From: a virus
IMG/VR virus record: IMGVR_UViG_3300042914_002334
Coordinates: 77,003 to 141,002 of that record
Length of the DNA: 64,000 nucleotides
Reading direction: 5' to 3' (one strand)
The position numbers and the translations under genes were made by a program. Positions 28,312 through 37,309 of this stretch are shown one piece after another. Under the pieces are notes generated by a model. That model made no database searches. It was not told the DNA's origin and saw nothing but the letters and a program-made list of their open reading frames with translations. Every line of letters begins with the position of its first letter. Position 1 is the first letter of the stretch.

Positions 28312-29190
28312 TTATTCTTCATAACTTCCCCCGTCGCTGTGTTGTCTGCTCCAGCTAGGATTCAATCCATTCATCTCTAAGATGTCATCTCTGATATTTT
28401 GGTTTCTTTTTTCTGAATTAAGAACTCTTCTAAAACTGTTGTTTATGGCAGCAGTGTAGTATGCAAATGGATTCTGACTTTTGGATTCGTTGAATCGTAA
28501 TCCAACGTATGTCAACTGAAGTATTGCGCTACCTCGCATTTCATCAACATAGGTGTATCCTCTCCAGTTAAAACGCATGGCGTATTTCTCGCACAGCATC
28601 AAATACATTTTGGCCAATTTGTTTGTTATGTGACCGTGATCTTTGGAAAATGTTCCAGAATTTAGATCGCCTGTCCAATGACTTTTTCCGACGCATATTA
28701 CATTGTCGTTGTCATCGTATTTGAAATGTTGGAATGGAGGAAAATTTACTCTGATATGAACCATGTCGTTCATACCCATTTCTTTTGCTAACTCTTGATC
28801 CTCAAGATCGTCAAATGTTGGTTCAACCGTTTCTTCAAAGTCAAAAATTTCCTTGACACTTTTTACTTTGATTTCTTTTCTTGGTTGCTTTGGAGCCACT
28901 GGAATGTGATCCCATGTCATGACTCGAAAAATTAAATCAGTTTTTTTGATGTTACTTGGATCTATTTTTTCTTTGTCTGTTTTTGCTTCTATTGCTTTTA
29001 GAACAGTTTCTGGCCTGCTCAAATATTCTAAGTTTCGCTCCAATGAACTGTTATCTTCTATGTCGATTATGAAGTCATACTTGTCATAGTCTTGAATGGA
29101 AAATGTGCAGTAAGTATTTTTGCTTAGATGAATCTCTTTTAGAATATCTTTGTTGTTTAGATAATTTACGGGTTTCTTTTGTATACTCAT
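28312..29190 (-). CDS. gp55: late transcription sigma factor
   Basis: NYLNNKD, NWRGYTYVDEM, KSQNPFAYYT motifs. Confidence 0.9.
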   Translation of the reverse strand: MSIQKKPVNYLNNKDILKEIHLSKNTYCTFSIQDYDKYDFIIDIEDNSSLERNLEYLSRPETVLKAIEAKTDKEKIDPSNIKKTDLIFRVMTWDHIPVAPKQPRKEIKVKSVKEIFDFEETVEPTFDDLEDQELAKEMGMNDMVHIRVNFPPFQHFKYDDNDNVICVGKSHWTGDLNSGTFSKDHGHITNKLAKMYLMLCEKYAMRFNWRGYTYVDEMRGSAILQLTYVGLRFNESKSQNPFAYYTAAINNSFRRVLNSEKRNQNIRDDILEMNGLNPSWSRQHSDGGSYEE

Positions 29191-29213
29191 TATTAAAAGT
29201 TGTTAGTGTCACT

Positions 29214-29283
29214 ATTGTAGCAAAAAAACAACGCTTGTCAATAGCAGATATGAAATAGTGGCATATTATTTATCGCATAAATA
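29214..29283. promoter_or_regulatory. gp55 control region: sigma70 promoter plus back-to-back late promoters
   Basis: minus: TTGACA (29241-29236), 16 nt, TGC-TACAAT; minus GATAAATA (29274-29267); plus CATAAATA (29276-29283). Confidence 0.65.
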
Positions 29284-29301
29284 ATTAGATGGGGCTTTAA
29301 T

Positions 29302-30696
29302 ATGAGCAATAATGCTGAAATAATTCAACAATGGAAAGATGCTGAGGCAATAGCCAGAACAAATGCTAACTCTTCGAGACAGCAAATCAATATTCTTGGA
29401 AATCAGGTAGATGCTCTTGAACGAAACAAGACCACATTGATACAGCAAAAAAAGCAACTACAAATATCTAATTTAAGTACAGAGTCGGTTGATCAGCAAA
29501 TATCAGAACTTGATAAAAAAATTGAACCTATATACACTCAATTAGAACTTGTAGAAGAGCAAGAAAGACAATATCAGGCAGAAGCAAATAATGCTAAGAA
29601 TCAATACACTCTTGCAGAACGCGCTCCAGACGGCACAGTAAACACGACTGCCCCAGCAGAAGAATCGCTAACTGATGACACTCAGAGTCTTGAAATTCAA
29701 GGTGAAAAATTAAAAACCCCAGAAGTTCTTCCTGTGGACGATTCGGCAGACAATTTTGTTCCCGACGAGCCGGCACCCACAGAAACAATATATGAACAAC
29801 CTCCTACACCAGAGATGGAACCCATATATGAACAACCTCCTACTCCAGAGATGGAACCCATATATGAACAACCTCCTACACCTGAACCAAATCAAATAAT
29901 ACCAGTAACTGCTGGCCGTCCAAAAGAAACAGATTTGCGATTCAGAATCAGCATTGCAGAAACTGCAAATTATTTTTATAGAATCGCAGAACAAGGAGAT
30001 ATCTTATACCCACTAAAAGCAACTAACGGAGTCATATTTCCATATACTCCACAAATAAATGTCACATACACTGCAAATTATGATTCTTTTGATCTAACTC
30101 ATGTGAATTATAAACCGCACACTTACAGAAACAGCAGCGTAGAAAATGTCACGATTACTGGAATTTTTACCGCACAGGACTCTACTGAGGCTCAATATGT
30201 GCTGGCAGTGATGCATTTTTTTAAGAGCGCCACAAAAATGTTTTACGGGCAAGATTCTAATCCAAAAGCCGGAACTCCTCCGCCGCTTTGTTTCTTGCAC
30301 GGGTTCGGTCAATACGCATTTAATAATCATCCGGTAGTGATTAGTAGTTTTACGCTTAACTACCCAGATGATGTAAATTACATATCAACCGAAATAAACG
30401 GTCTTCAAACCGAATTGCCGCAATACAATAAGCCGGTAATAGATACTTCTTCGAGACTTGATAGATTGCTTAAGTCCGGACTGAAACCAAGTGGGTTGCC
30501 AAATTCAACAAGATCGGCCTCACCAACAGGTGTAGTCAAAGCAGTTCAAACATATGTCCCGAGTAAGATTCAAATATCTATAACGGCAACGCCAATGATA
30601 TCGAGAAATGCAATGAGTAATAATTTTAGTTTGAAAAACTATGCTACTGGAGCGTTATTAAACAGCAGACAAACTAAAAAACCAGGAGTTTGGTAA
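29302..30696 (+). CDS. baseplate / tail tube initiator-like protein with N-terminal coiled coil
   Basis: GVIFPYTP..TITGIFTAQ..PPPLCFLHGFG..PVVISSF fold typical of tube-initiator proteins; first gene of baseplate operon. Confidence 0.6.
   Translation: MSNNAEIIQQWKDAEAIARTNANSSRQQINILGNQVDALERNKTTLIQQKKQLQISNLSTESVDQQISELDKKIEPIYTQLELVEEQERQYQAEANNAKNQYTLAERAPDGTVNTTAPAEESLTDDTQSLEIQGEKLKTPEVLPVDDSADNFVPDEPAPTETIYEQPPTPEMEPIYEQPPTPEMEPIYEQPPTPEPNQIIPVTAGRPKETDLRFRISIAETANYFYRIAEQGDILYPLKATNGVIFPYTPQINVTYTANYDSFDLTHVNYKPHTYRNSSVENVTITGIFTAQDSTEAQYVLAVMHFFKSATKMFYGQDSNPKAGTPPPLCFLHGFGQYAFNNHPVVISSFTLNYPDDVNYISTEINGLQTELPQYNKPVIDTSSRLDRLLKSGLKPSGLPNSTRSASPTGVVKAVQTYVPSKIQISITATPMISRNAMSNNFSLKNYATGALLNSRQTKKPGVW
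29788..29888 (+). repeat. coding tandem repeat, 36-nt unit x ~3 (IYEQPPTPEMEP)
   Basis: near-identical ATATATGAACAACCTCCTAC..CCAGAGATGGAACCC units. Confidence 0.9.
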
Positions 30697-30995
30697 TGTC
30701 ATACAACGCGAATAGTCCCTATTACACCACGCAAATTGTCAATGGACAATTTTTAGATATCATGTCTAATCGTCCTATATACGGTGACGCAAATGATGTT
30801 TACTGGTCAATTACCCCGACCTATCACTTAAGACCAGATTTATTAGCATATGATTTGTATAAAGACAGCAAATTATGGTGGGTATTCTCTCAGAGAAATC
30901 CTAACACATTAAAAGACCCACTTTTTGATTTTATAAGTGGAACAAAAATATACATACCAAAACAAGACGCAATCAATCAATCACTTGGATTATAA
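30696..30995 (+). CDS. gp53: gp53-like LysM-fold baseplate wedge protein
   Basis: YHLRPDLLAYDLYKDSKLWWVF..N..G.KIYIP. Confidence 0.75.
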   Translation: MSYNANSPYYTTQIVNGQFLDIMSNRPIYGDANDVYWSITPTYHLRPDLLAYDLYKDSKLWWVFSQRNPNTLKDPLFDFISGTKIYIPKQDAINQSLGL

Positions 30996-33467
30996 ATGGA
31001 AGTCAAAGACGATAAAAAAGCAAATACATCTGCATCTACATCAGCAGACGAATATGTATCTACTGCATTACGCAGAAGAAATCCATTATCAAATTACAGT
31101 AGTTATGCATATAACATAACTATGTATGCGGCAACTCCAGAAGCAATTAGTAGATTCGTTGACAGTCAAAAATTCAACAGAAACGATGATGGGTTCTACA
31201 TAATTGCACAAAGTGGAGGTATAAGAAGCACTGAACCGAGATTTATTACTAACACTGGCAAATTAGGACCAGGAGAAGGATTAGATTTTTACATAGACGA
31301 TCTAAACTTTGAAATTTTATTGCCTGGAGGAGACGCTACGCCGAGTGTTGGCGCCGAGATGCAGTTCAAAATTATTGAACCATATGGATTTACATTTTTT
31401 ACTAAGTGGGCAACGGCTATAAATGCACTCAATCAAAGCAGTGCAATACTAACAAAGAATCCAAAACCAAATTTGTTTCAGCAACATTATGTTATTGGAA
31501 TAAGATTTTATGGATACGACGAAGCCGGAAACATATTGACGGGCAAAGAGTTCAGTGCGTTAGAACGAGGCCAAACAACAGATAATGAAACTGCACTGAC
31601 TGATGATTATGCATCGTTTGAGAGATTTTTCCCAATCTTAGTGTCAAAAGCAACTTACAAATTGGACGGCAGAACTGTAGTTTACAACATAGAAGCGTTG
31701 GCAATGCCACTTCAAGCGGGATTCTCTATTAAAAGAGGGCAACTTTCAAAACCTACAACAATCGTAGCAGAAACAGTTGGAGAGGCTCTTCAAAACGAAA
31801 ACAAATCAAGCACTATCAGAAGTTTGATGGAAATTCTTAATGATCAGCAAGAGGAAGAAAAAAAAGCAAACTTAAGAACAGAAGTAAACAAATACTCAAT
31901 TGAATGGAATCCTACTGAGAATATAAAAAATCAAAAAATAAACTCTGATTCAGACAACACGACTCGCGCTACTACTACCGCAAGTGTTCCAACTACTACG
32001 CAGGGAACTGTTAAAACAGAAACCAAATCACAAACTATACCTCCTGGTAAACAACTTATACCGTTGCCCGCTGGCATATCAATATTAACAGCGATAGATA
32101 ATATCATTAGCAAAAGTGAATATATTTCAAAGGCACTAACTGCAAAAAATACCGAAAATATAGAAACTGAAACAGGAGAAAATCCCGCGGTTACTGAATT
32201 GAAGTGGTTTACAATAAATCCAGTAGTAAAACCTCGTGCATATGATTTTAAGTTAAATGATTGGGCATATGATATTACATATCAGATACAAGAATACAAG
32301 ATACCGTATCTTAGATTTCTTTATAAAGCCAAAACAAGCAGATATTATGGCGCTCACAAAGTCTATGATTTTTTTCTAACTGGTAAAAATACAGAAGTCA
32401 TAAGTTATGAACAAAGTTATGACAGTCAGTTTTACATAATTTCTGCTATGTCTGCTGGAGCAAATGTAGATTCGAGTAATGTTGGAGTTCCAATAAAACC
32501 AATGCCAACAAGTGGGGCTGACCCGACACTCGGTAAACAATTCAAGGGTAGTGAAATAAACAATAACTTTAAAGCAAATGTAGCAAGTGTCGCAGATCAA
32601 GCAATAGCCAATATAAAAATAATCGGCGATCCCGATTATCTGATGCAAAACATTACTGCTTCTCCAAAATTTGTAAGTCAGAACTTCAAAAAGATGTATG
32701 GATCAGACGGCTATAGTATCAATCCATATGGAGGACAAATATTTATTGAAATAAGATTTAGTCTGGCAGAAGACTACAAAGACGACGGTTTGATGGATGT
32801 GAACAATCAAATTAAATTCTATAGCACTTTTACCGCTGAGCAAAGCAAAATTAAAGGTGTAGTTTATAGACTGCTAAAAGTAAAAAATACATTTAGTCGT
32901 GGACAATTTACTCAAACATTAGAGGGAATATTAGTTCAAGAAAATCAATTGAGTGGATTAAAAAGTAGTAATGCCAGTCCAGCCGAACAACAAAGAGAAA
33001 ACAAACCGTCTACACAGCCGAACACTCAGACACAAAGACCAACTGGTGCTCAAGTTGGAAGAATAGCAGCAGGACCAACAAAAGAACAACTAAGCACACT
33101 ATATAGTCCAAGAACACAAAACAAAAAGTATGGCCCTAATTCTACCGCTTCTGAATTACAAACCAGTCCAGTGTATATTGAAGAAGCTAAAAAATTCACA
33201 GGCACCGAGTTAAGTGCAAGAAGAGCACTTGCGGTTGCCGAAGCCGCATATGGAAATACAAAATCAGTTCAGACTCTTGTGGGAACGGTTAGCGATGATG
33301 ATAGCAATGCTTCTGCAATTCGTCGCGTGTATGATGAATCATCGTCAGAGATAGAAAGATTAAAATCAAGATCAACCGATTCTGCTATAGAACGATTAGA
33401 AAAACAAAAACGATTGAGAGTAGACGATGTTGATCCAAAGACTTTGCTACCAAGAAATAGAGGATAA
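30996..33467 (+). CDS. baseplate hub protein (gp27/VgrG-hub-like)
   Basis: position between gp53 and gp5; IKIIGDPDYL and Y..LKVKNTFSRGQFTQTL hub motifs. Confidence 0.6.
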   Translation: MEVKDDKKANTSASTSADEYVSTALRRRNPLSNYSSYAYNITMYAATPEAISRFVDSQKFNRNDDGFYIIAQSGGIRSTEPRFITNTGKLGPGEGLDFYIDDLNFEILLPGGDATPSVGAEMQFKIIEPYGFTFFTKWATAINALNQSSAILTKNPKPNLFQQHYVIGIRFYGYDEAGNILTGKEFSALERGQTTDNETALTDDYASFERFFPILVSKATYKLDGRTVVYNIEALAMPLQAGFSIKRGQLSKPTTIVAETVGEALQNENKSSTIRSLMEILNDQQEEEKKANLRTEVNKYSIEWNPTENIKNQKINSDSDNTTRATTTASVPTTTQGTVKTETKSQTIPPGKQLIPLPAGISILTAIDNIISKSEYISKALTAKNTENIETETGENPAVTELKWFTINPVVKPRAYDFKLNDWAYDITYQIQEYKIPYLRFLYKAKTSRYYGAHKVYDFFLTGKNTEVISYEQSYDSQFYIISAMSAGANVDSSNVGVPIKPMPTSGADPTLGKQFKGSEINNNFKANVASVADQAIANIKIIGDPDYLMQNITASPKFVSQNFKKMYGSDGYSINPYGGQIFIEIRFSLAEDYKDDGLMDVNNQIKFYSTFTAEQSKIKGVVYRLLKVKNTFSRGQFTQTLEGILVQENQLSGLKSSNASPAEQQRENKPSTQPNTQTQRPTGAQVGRIAAGPTKEQLSTLYSPRTQNKKYGPNSTASELQTSPVYIEEAKKFTGTELSARRALAVAEAAYGNTKSVQTLVGTVSDDDSNASAIRRVYDESSSEIERLKSRSTDSAIERLEKQKRLRVDDVDPKTLLPRNRG

Positions 33468-33472
33468 AAAAT

Positions 33473-36244
33473 ATGGCGTTAGATATCACTAAAAAGAAAG
33501 GTGCCCCAAAAGAATTTAGAGATGATCGTGACGGCGCAGTATTGATACCGCACCCAGTAATAGGCATAGTAAAAAACAACATCGATCCAAGTAAAAATGG
33601 AAAAATAGATGTCTATATAGAAAACTACGGGGGTATTGATCCCGACAATGATAAAAACTGGATAAAGGGACTTAGATATATGAGTCCATATTTTGGAAGC
33701 AGCACTCCGGGAACAGATAAAACCGCAGATAAAAAAAATAAACAATCTTCAAAAGTAAAAGATTTTGTTAGTAGTGTTCATAGTTATGGTATGTGGGCAG
33801 GACCTCCAGACATAGGAACAGCAGTAATATGTATCTTTATCAATGGAAGACCAGATATGGGATTTTATATTGGCGCTGTAATGCCAGTAGGAAGTCACGG
33901 AATGGTTCCTGCTATTGGAGCAACAAATAATGTAGTTCCTAATGACGGAGAAGCAAGCAAATATGGCGGTGCAAAACGATTGCCGACTACTGAATCAGAC
34001 ATTGATGATCCAAAAGTCAGAAGTAGTGCAACAATTACACAAGAGCCAAAATCGGTCCATAGCTATCAGTCTGCAATATATGATAGTCAGGGATTGATTA
34101 GAGATAGCATCAGAGGACCTATAGGAAGTAGTAGCACAAGACAAACCAATGGTAAGTTAGTTGGCATGAGCACTTCTGGAAGAGCAATTTTTGCAGGTGG
34201 TTACAACGATAAAACTATAGAAGATGCTATAAAAACTGGAGACGATTCCAAATTACAAAAAATTGGGTATCTCGGTGGACATAGCATTGTAATGGACGAC
34301 GGAGATTTACCGGGACAGGATCAACTAATAAGATTTAGAACTGGGGGCGGACATCAAATACTAATGAGTGATAGCGGTCAGTCGATATTTGTAATACACG
34401 GAAATGGGCATAGTTGGGTAGAATTAGGAAAAGAGGGAACCGTTGATATTTACGCCGCCAATAGTTTTAATGTAAGAACGGTTGGAGATATAAACTTTCA
34501 CGCCGATAGAGACATTAATCTACACGCTGGAAGAAATCTAACAATGCACGGAAAATCTGTTAGGCTTGACAGCGATGAAGGAATAGATTTGTATTCTGCA
34601 AAAGACTTTAGTATTCAAAGTTTTGGAAACTACAATATTACGGTATCTGGAACTTTGAGTATGAACAGCGAGGGAGTTAGCAACTATTCGGCTGGTGGAA
34701 ATCTTTATGTGACTGGAAAACCAATATATCTAAACACCGGATCAGGCCCAGCCTCTGCCTCAGTGACAAAAGTTCCATTCTTTCAGCACAAGGAAACGGT
34801 TTATAGTGAAAAAGTGGGTTGGATTCAACCAGGTCCAAATCCTATAGTAAGTGTGACTTCAAGATGTCCGACACATCATCCTTGGGACGGAGCAAACAAG
34901 GGAGTCGATGTATCTATAAAGCAATCTGCAAGTTCTTCAGTTACGCCTCCGTCAGAGGCGGTGAATACTGCAAATGCAGCGTCGCCTTCAGTTCCAGAAA
35001 CACCCACATCAGAAGCGGCCGTAGCAACCGTGGCGCCACAATCATCTATAAGTGTAGGAGAAAATGCAGTATTAGATGGATCAAGCGTGAAAGCAATGAT
35101 ATCTCAGCAGGCCGCAAGTAACGCAACAAAAACAGATGAAGAAAAAGTAGCATCTGGAATAGTTCCCGGAGTTGGAGGAACGACCGTCAACCAATTAGAA
35201 GGAATAGTAACTAAACCAGGAACAGCAAAGTTTATACAAGACAAAATGGCAGCAGGCTTAAGTTTTACTGAGGCAGCAGGTAACACACTAATGACTGGTG
35301 CAGACGGCGCAAAGACTGCGGCGCAATTTATAAATAATGCTCCTGCACAAATTACAACTATGGCTAAATCATTTGATTCTGCTGCAAAAGAATTGGTATC
35401 AAAAGGTGCTTTGGCTGGGTCAAAGATAACAGATGCAATAACACAGCCTGCTGGTATTATTATGGCAACTGCACAAAAGGGATTTGCTGCGGTATCCAAT
35501 GTATTAAAAGCGCCCGCCACCATGATTAGTGGAGCAATACAGGGAGTTGCTAATTCTGCGAAATCAATGATGGACACAATATCAGGCGGAAATTTTGCTG
35601 CTGGATTATCTAAACTTACTGGCGGAGTTACCGCAGCAGCAAGTGGAGTTGCTGGCATTATCGGAGGAGGACTATCTGGTATTGCATCTGGAGCCGCTGG
35701 AGCAATTACTGCTGCGGTTGGAGGAGCACTTGGAGGATTATTCGGAGGAAAATCAAAACCTGCGTTAGGAGTAGATGCATTGGTCTCTCAATTACAATCT
35801 ATATCAAAGCAAGCATTTGGAGTGGTAGAAAATAGTTTTGCAAAACTTAAAGGCGGACAACCCAATAATCTTGGAGGAAGCGTTGCTAAAAGTTTAACCA
35901 ACTCCGCAAAACAAAACGAATTAGAAGCATTGAGCAATGCAAATAAAGAACGACTTATTGCGGAAGAAAATCTCAGAGAGATGAAAAAATTATCCAGAAC
36001 AGGTAATTCTATCAGCGTCGATCAACTAAAAGATGCAGAAAATCTGGCCGCGTCTGCAATGCAAAAAGAACTACAGACAGCAAGTTCGGTGTTGTTGGAT
36101 ACATCAACTGAAGTTAAATCCGGTATAGATGCTATAGCGGGAGGAGCAGACGCATTTGCTGCTCAAGTAAATAACTCGGCCATCAACTCAATAAATACTA
36201 TAAAATCTGCCGTAAATTCCATAACATCTAACACTAACACTTGA
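33473..36244 (+). CDS. gp5: gp5-like central spike (OB fold plus beta-helix, no recognisable lysozyme domain) with long Ala/Gly-rich tail
   Basis: GIVKNNIDP..GKIDVYI, GMWAGPPDIGTAV, GHSIVMDD, RTGGGHQI, beta-helix repeats. Confidence 0.75.
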   Translation: MALDITKKKGAPKEFRDDRDGAVLIPHPVIGIVKNNIDPSKNGKIDVYIENYGGIDPDNDKNWIKGLRYMSPYFGSSTPGTDKTADKKNKQSSKVKDFVSSVHSYGMWAGPPDIGTAVICIFINGRPDMGFYIGAVMPVGSHGMVPAIGATNNVVPNDGEASKYGGAKRLPTTESDIDDPKVRSSATITQEPKSVHSYQSAIYDSQGLIRDSIRGPIGSSSTRQTNGKLVGMSTSGRAIFAGGYNDKTIEDAIKTGDDSKLQKIGYLGGHSIVMDDGDLPGQDQLIRFRTGGGHQILMSDSGQSIFVIHGNGHSWVELGKEGTVDIYAANSFNVRTVGDINFHADRDINLHAGRNLTMHGKSVRLDSDEGIDLYSAKDFSIQSFGNYNITVSGTLSMNSEGVSNYSAGGNLYVTGKPIYLNTGSGPASASVTKVPFFQHKETVYSEKVGWIQPGPNPIVSVTSRCPTHHPWDGANKGVDVSIKQSASSSVTPPSEAVNTANAASPSVPETPTSEAAVATVAPQSSISVGENAVLDGSSVKAMISQQAASNATKTDEEKVASGIVPGVGGTTVNQLEGIVTKPGTAKFIQDKMAAGLSFTEAAGNTLMTGADGAKTAAQFINNAPAQITTMAKSFDSAAKELVSKGALAGSKITDAITQPAGIIMATAQKGFAAVSNVLKAPATMISGAIQGVANSAKSMMDTISGGNFAAGLSKLTGGVTAAASGVAGIIGGGLSGIASGAAGAITAAVGGALGGLFGGKSKPALGVDALVSQLQSISKQAFGVVENSFAKLKGGQPNNLGGSVAKSLTNSAKQNELEALSNANKERLIAEENLREMKKLSRTGNSISVDQLKDAENLAASAMQKELQTASSVLLDTSTEVKSGIDAIAGGADAFAAQVNNSAINSINTIKSAVNSITSNTNT

Positions 36245-36245
36245 T

Positions 36246-36830
36246 ATGAATAAATTAAGCAAATTAAATGATCTAAAAAAACTATCTGGTAATATTGTTG
36301 GAAATTTTCAGAACCAGTTAGGTGGTTTAGAACGATCTATCAATAGTGAGATTGCCGGTAAATTAACTGGTGAAATTACCAAGTTGTCTGGGTCACTCAA
36401 CTCTGCAATCGGTGGATTATCTGGAGTTGCGTCATCTACTCTTGCTAAAGTTCAAAGTTTGCTCAGTAGTGTTGGTAGCATGGGTGGACAAATCAAAGCA
36501 CCAGTTATGGCATCTGGAACTATAGACACAAGTGCTATCACCGCCGGAATTGCTAAACTATTAGGCGACTCAAGAATTCCAGCGCCTAATTTTACAGAAA
36601 CTGCATATCAGACTAGATCAAATCAATATATTGAAGCACAATCTTCTGCATTAGAAAAAGTCAAAGACGTAGATACCGATATAGAAATACTTAATCTAAA
36701 AATAGCATCATTAAAAATTGATTCAGCCGACTATCAGGAAAAATTAAATCAATATCAAACAGAAATGTATGCTTTAAACAAGCAACTGGTGTCAGCGCAA
36801 CAAAACTACGAAAGAATATTGACTGGATAA
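36246..36830 (+). CDS. helical Gly/Ser-rich protein, possibly split from gp5 C-terminus
   Basis: composition continues gp5 tail; starts 1 nt after gp5 stop. Confidence 0.55.
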   Translation: MNKLSKLNDLKKLSGNIVGNFQNQLGGLERSINSEIAGKLTGEITKLSGSLNSAIGGLSGVASSTLAKVQSLLSSVGSMGGQIKAPVMASGTIDTSAITAGIAKLLGDSRIPAPNFTETAYQTRSNQYIEAQSSALEKVKDVDTDIEILNLKIASLKIDSADYQEKLNQYQTEMYALNKQLVSAQQNYERILTG

Positions 36831-36833
36831 TAT

Positions 36834-37286
36834 ATGGCTATATTTTATGGGTTTAACACAACCAATTTGCAAAAATCTGGTATACCAAATAACGATTATA
36901 TAGATGCTAATCAATCATCTATAAAACAGGCCGTTAGAAAACCAAACAAGTTTCGTTTAACTGACGAGCAATTAGTAATTCAAGACTTGATAAATGCACT
37001 AAGCATCAAAGTCGGTGATAAAGTCGGACAACCAGAATACGGAACCACTCTATGGGAGTATATATTTGATCCCAACACCAGTGATGTCGTTAGTTCAATA
37101 GAAAATGAAATTCGCAGAGTTATAAACAACGAGCCAAGAATCGCTCTTAACGAGTTAAACATCTATACATATGAGAATGGGCTACTCGTAGAAATTCAAG
37201 CAACAGTTCATAACATAGACAACTACTTGAACTTTGGATTATTGATAGACAAGACAACTGGAACCGTGCAGTATATGGCTGCATAA
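36834..37286 (+). CDS. gp25: baseplate wedge subunit
   Basis: DLINALSIKVGDKVGQPEYGT.LW..FDP and EPRI motifs. Confidence 0.85.
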   Translation: MAIFYGFNTTNLQKSGIPNNDYIDANQSSIKQAVRKPNKFRLTDEQLVIQDLINALSIKVGDKVGQPEYGTTLWEYIFDPNTSDVVSSIENEIRRVINNEPRIALNELNIYTYENGLLVEIQATVHNIDNYLNFGLLIDKTTGTVQYMAA

Positions 37287-37309
37287 ATATTAGTATATAG
37301 GATAAAAAC

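Noticed and set aside
35104-35658. 184-aa minus-strand ORF and the many other short opposite-strand ORFs in the track
   Set aside because: Antisense shadows of well-supported genes
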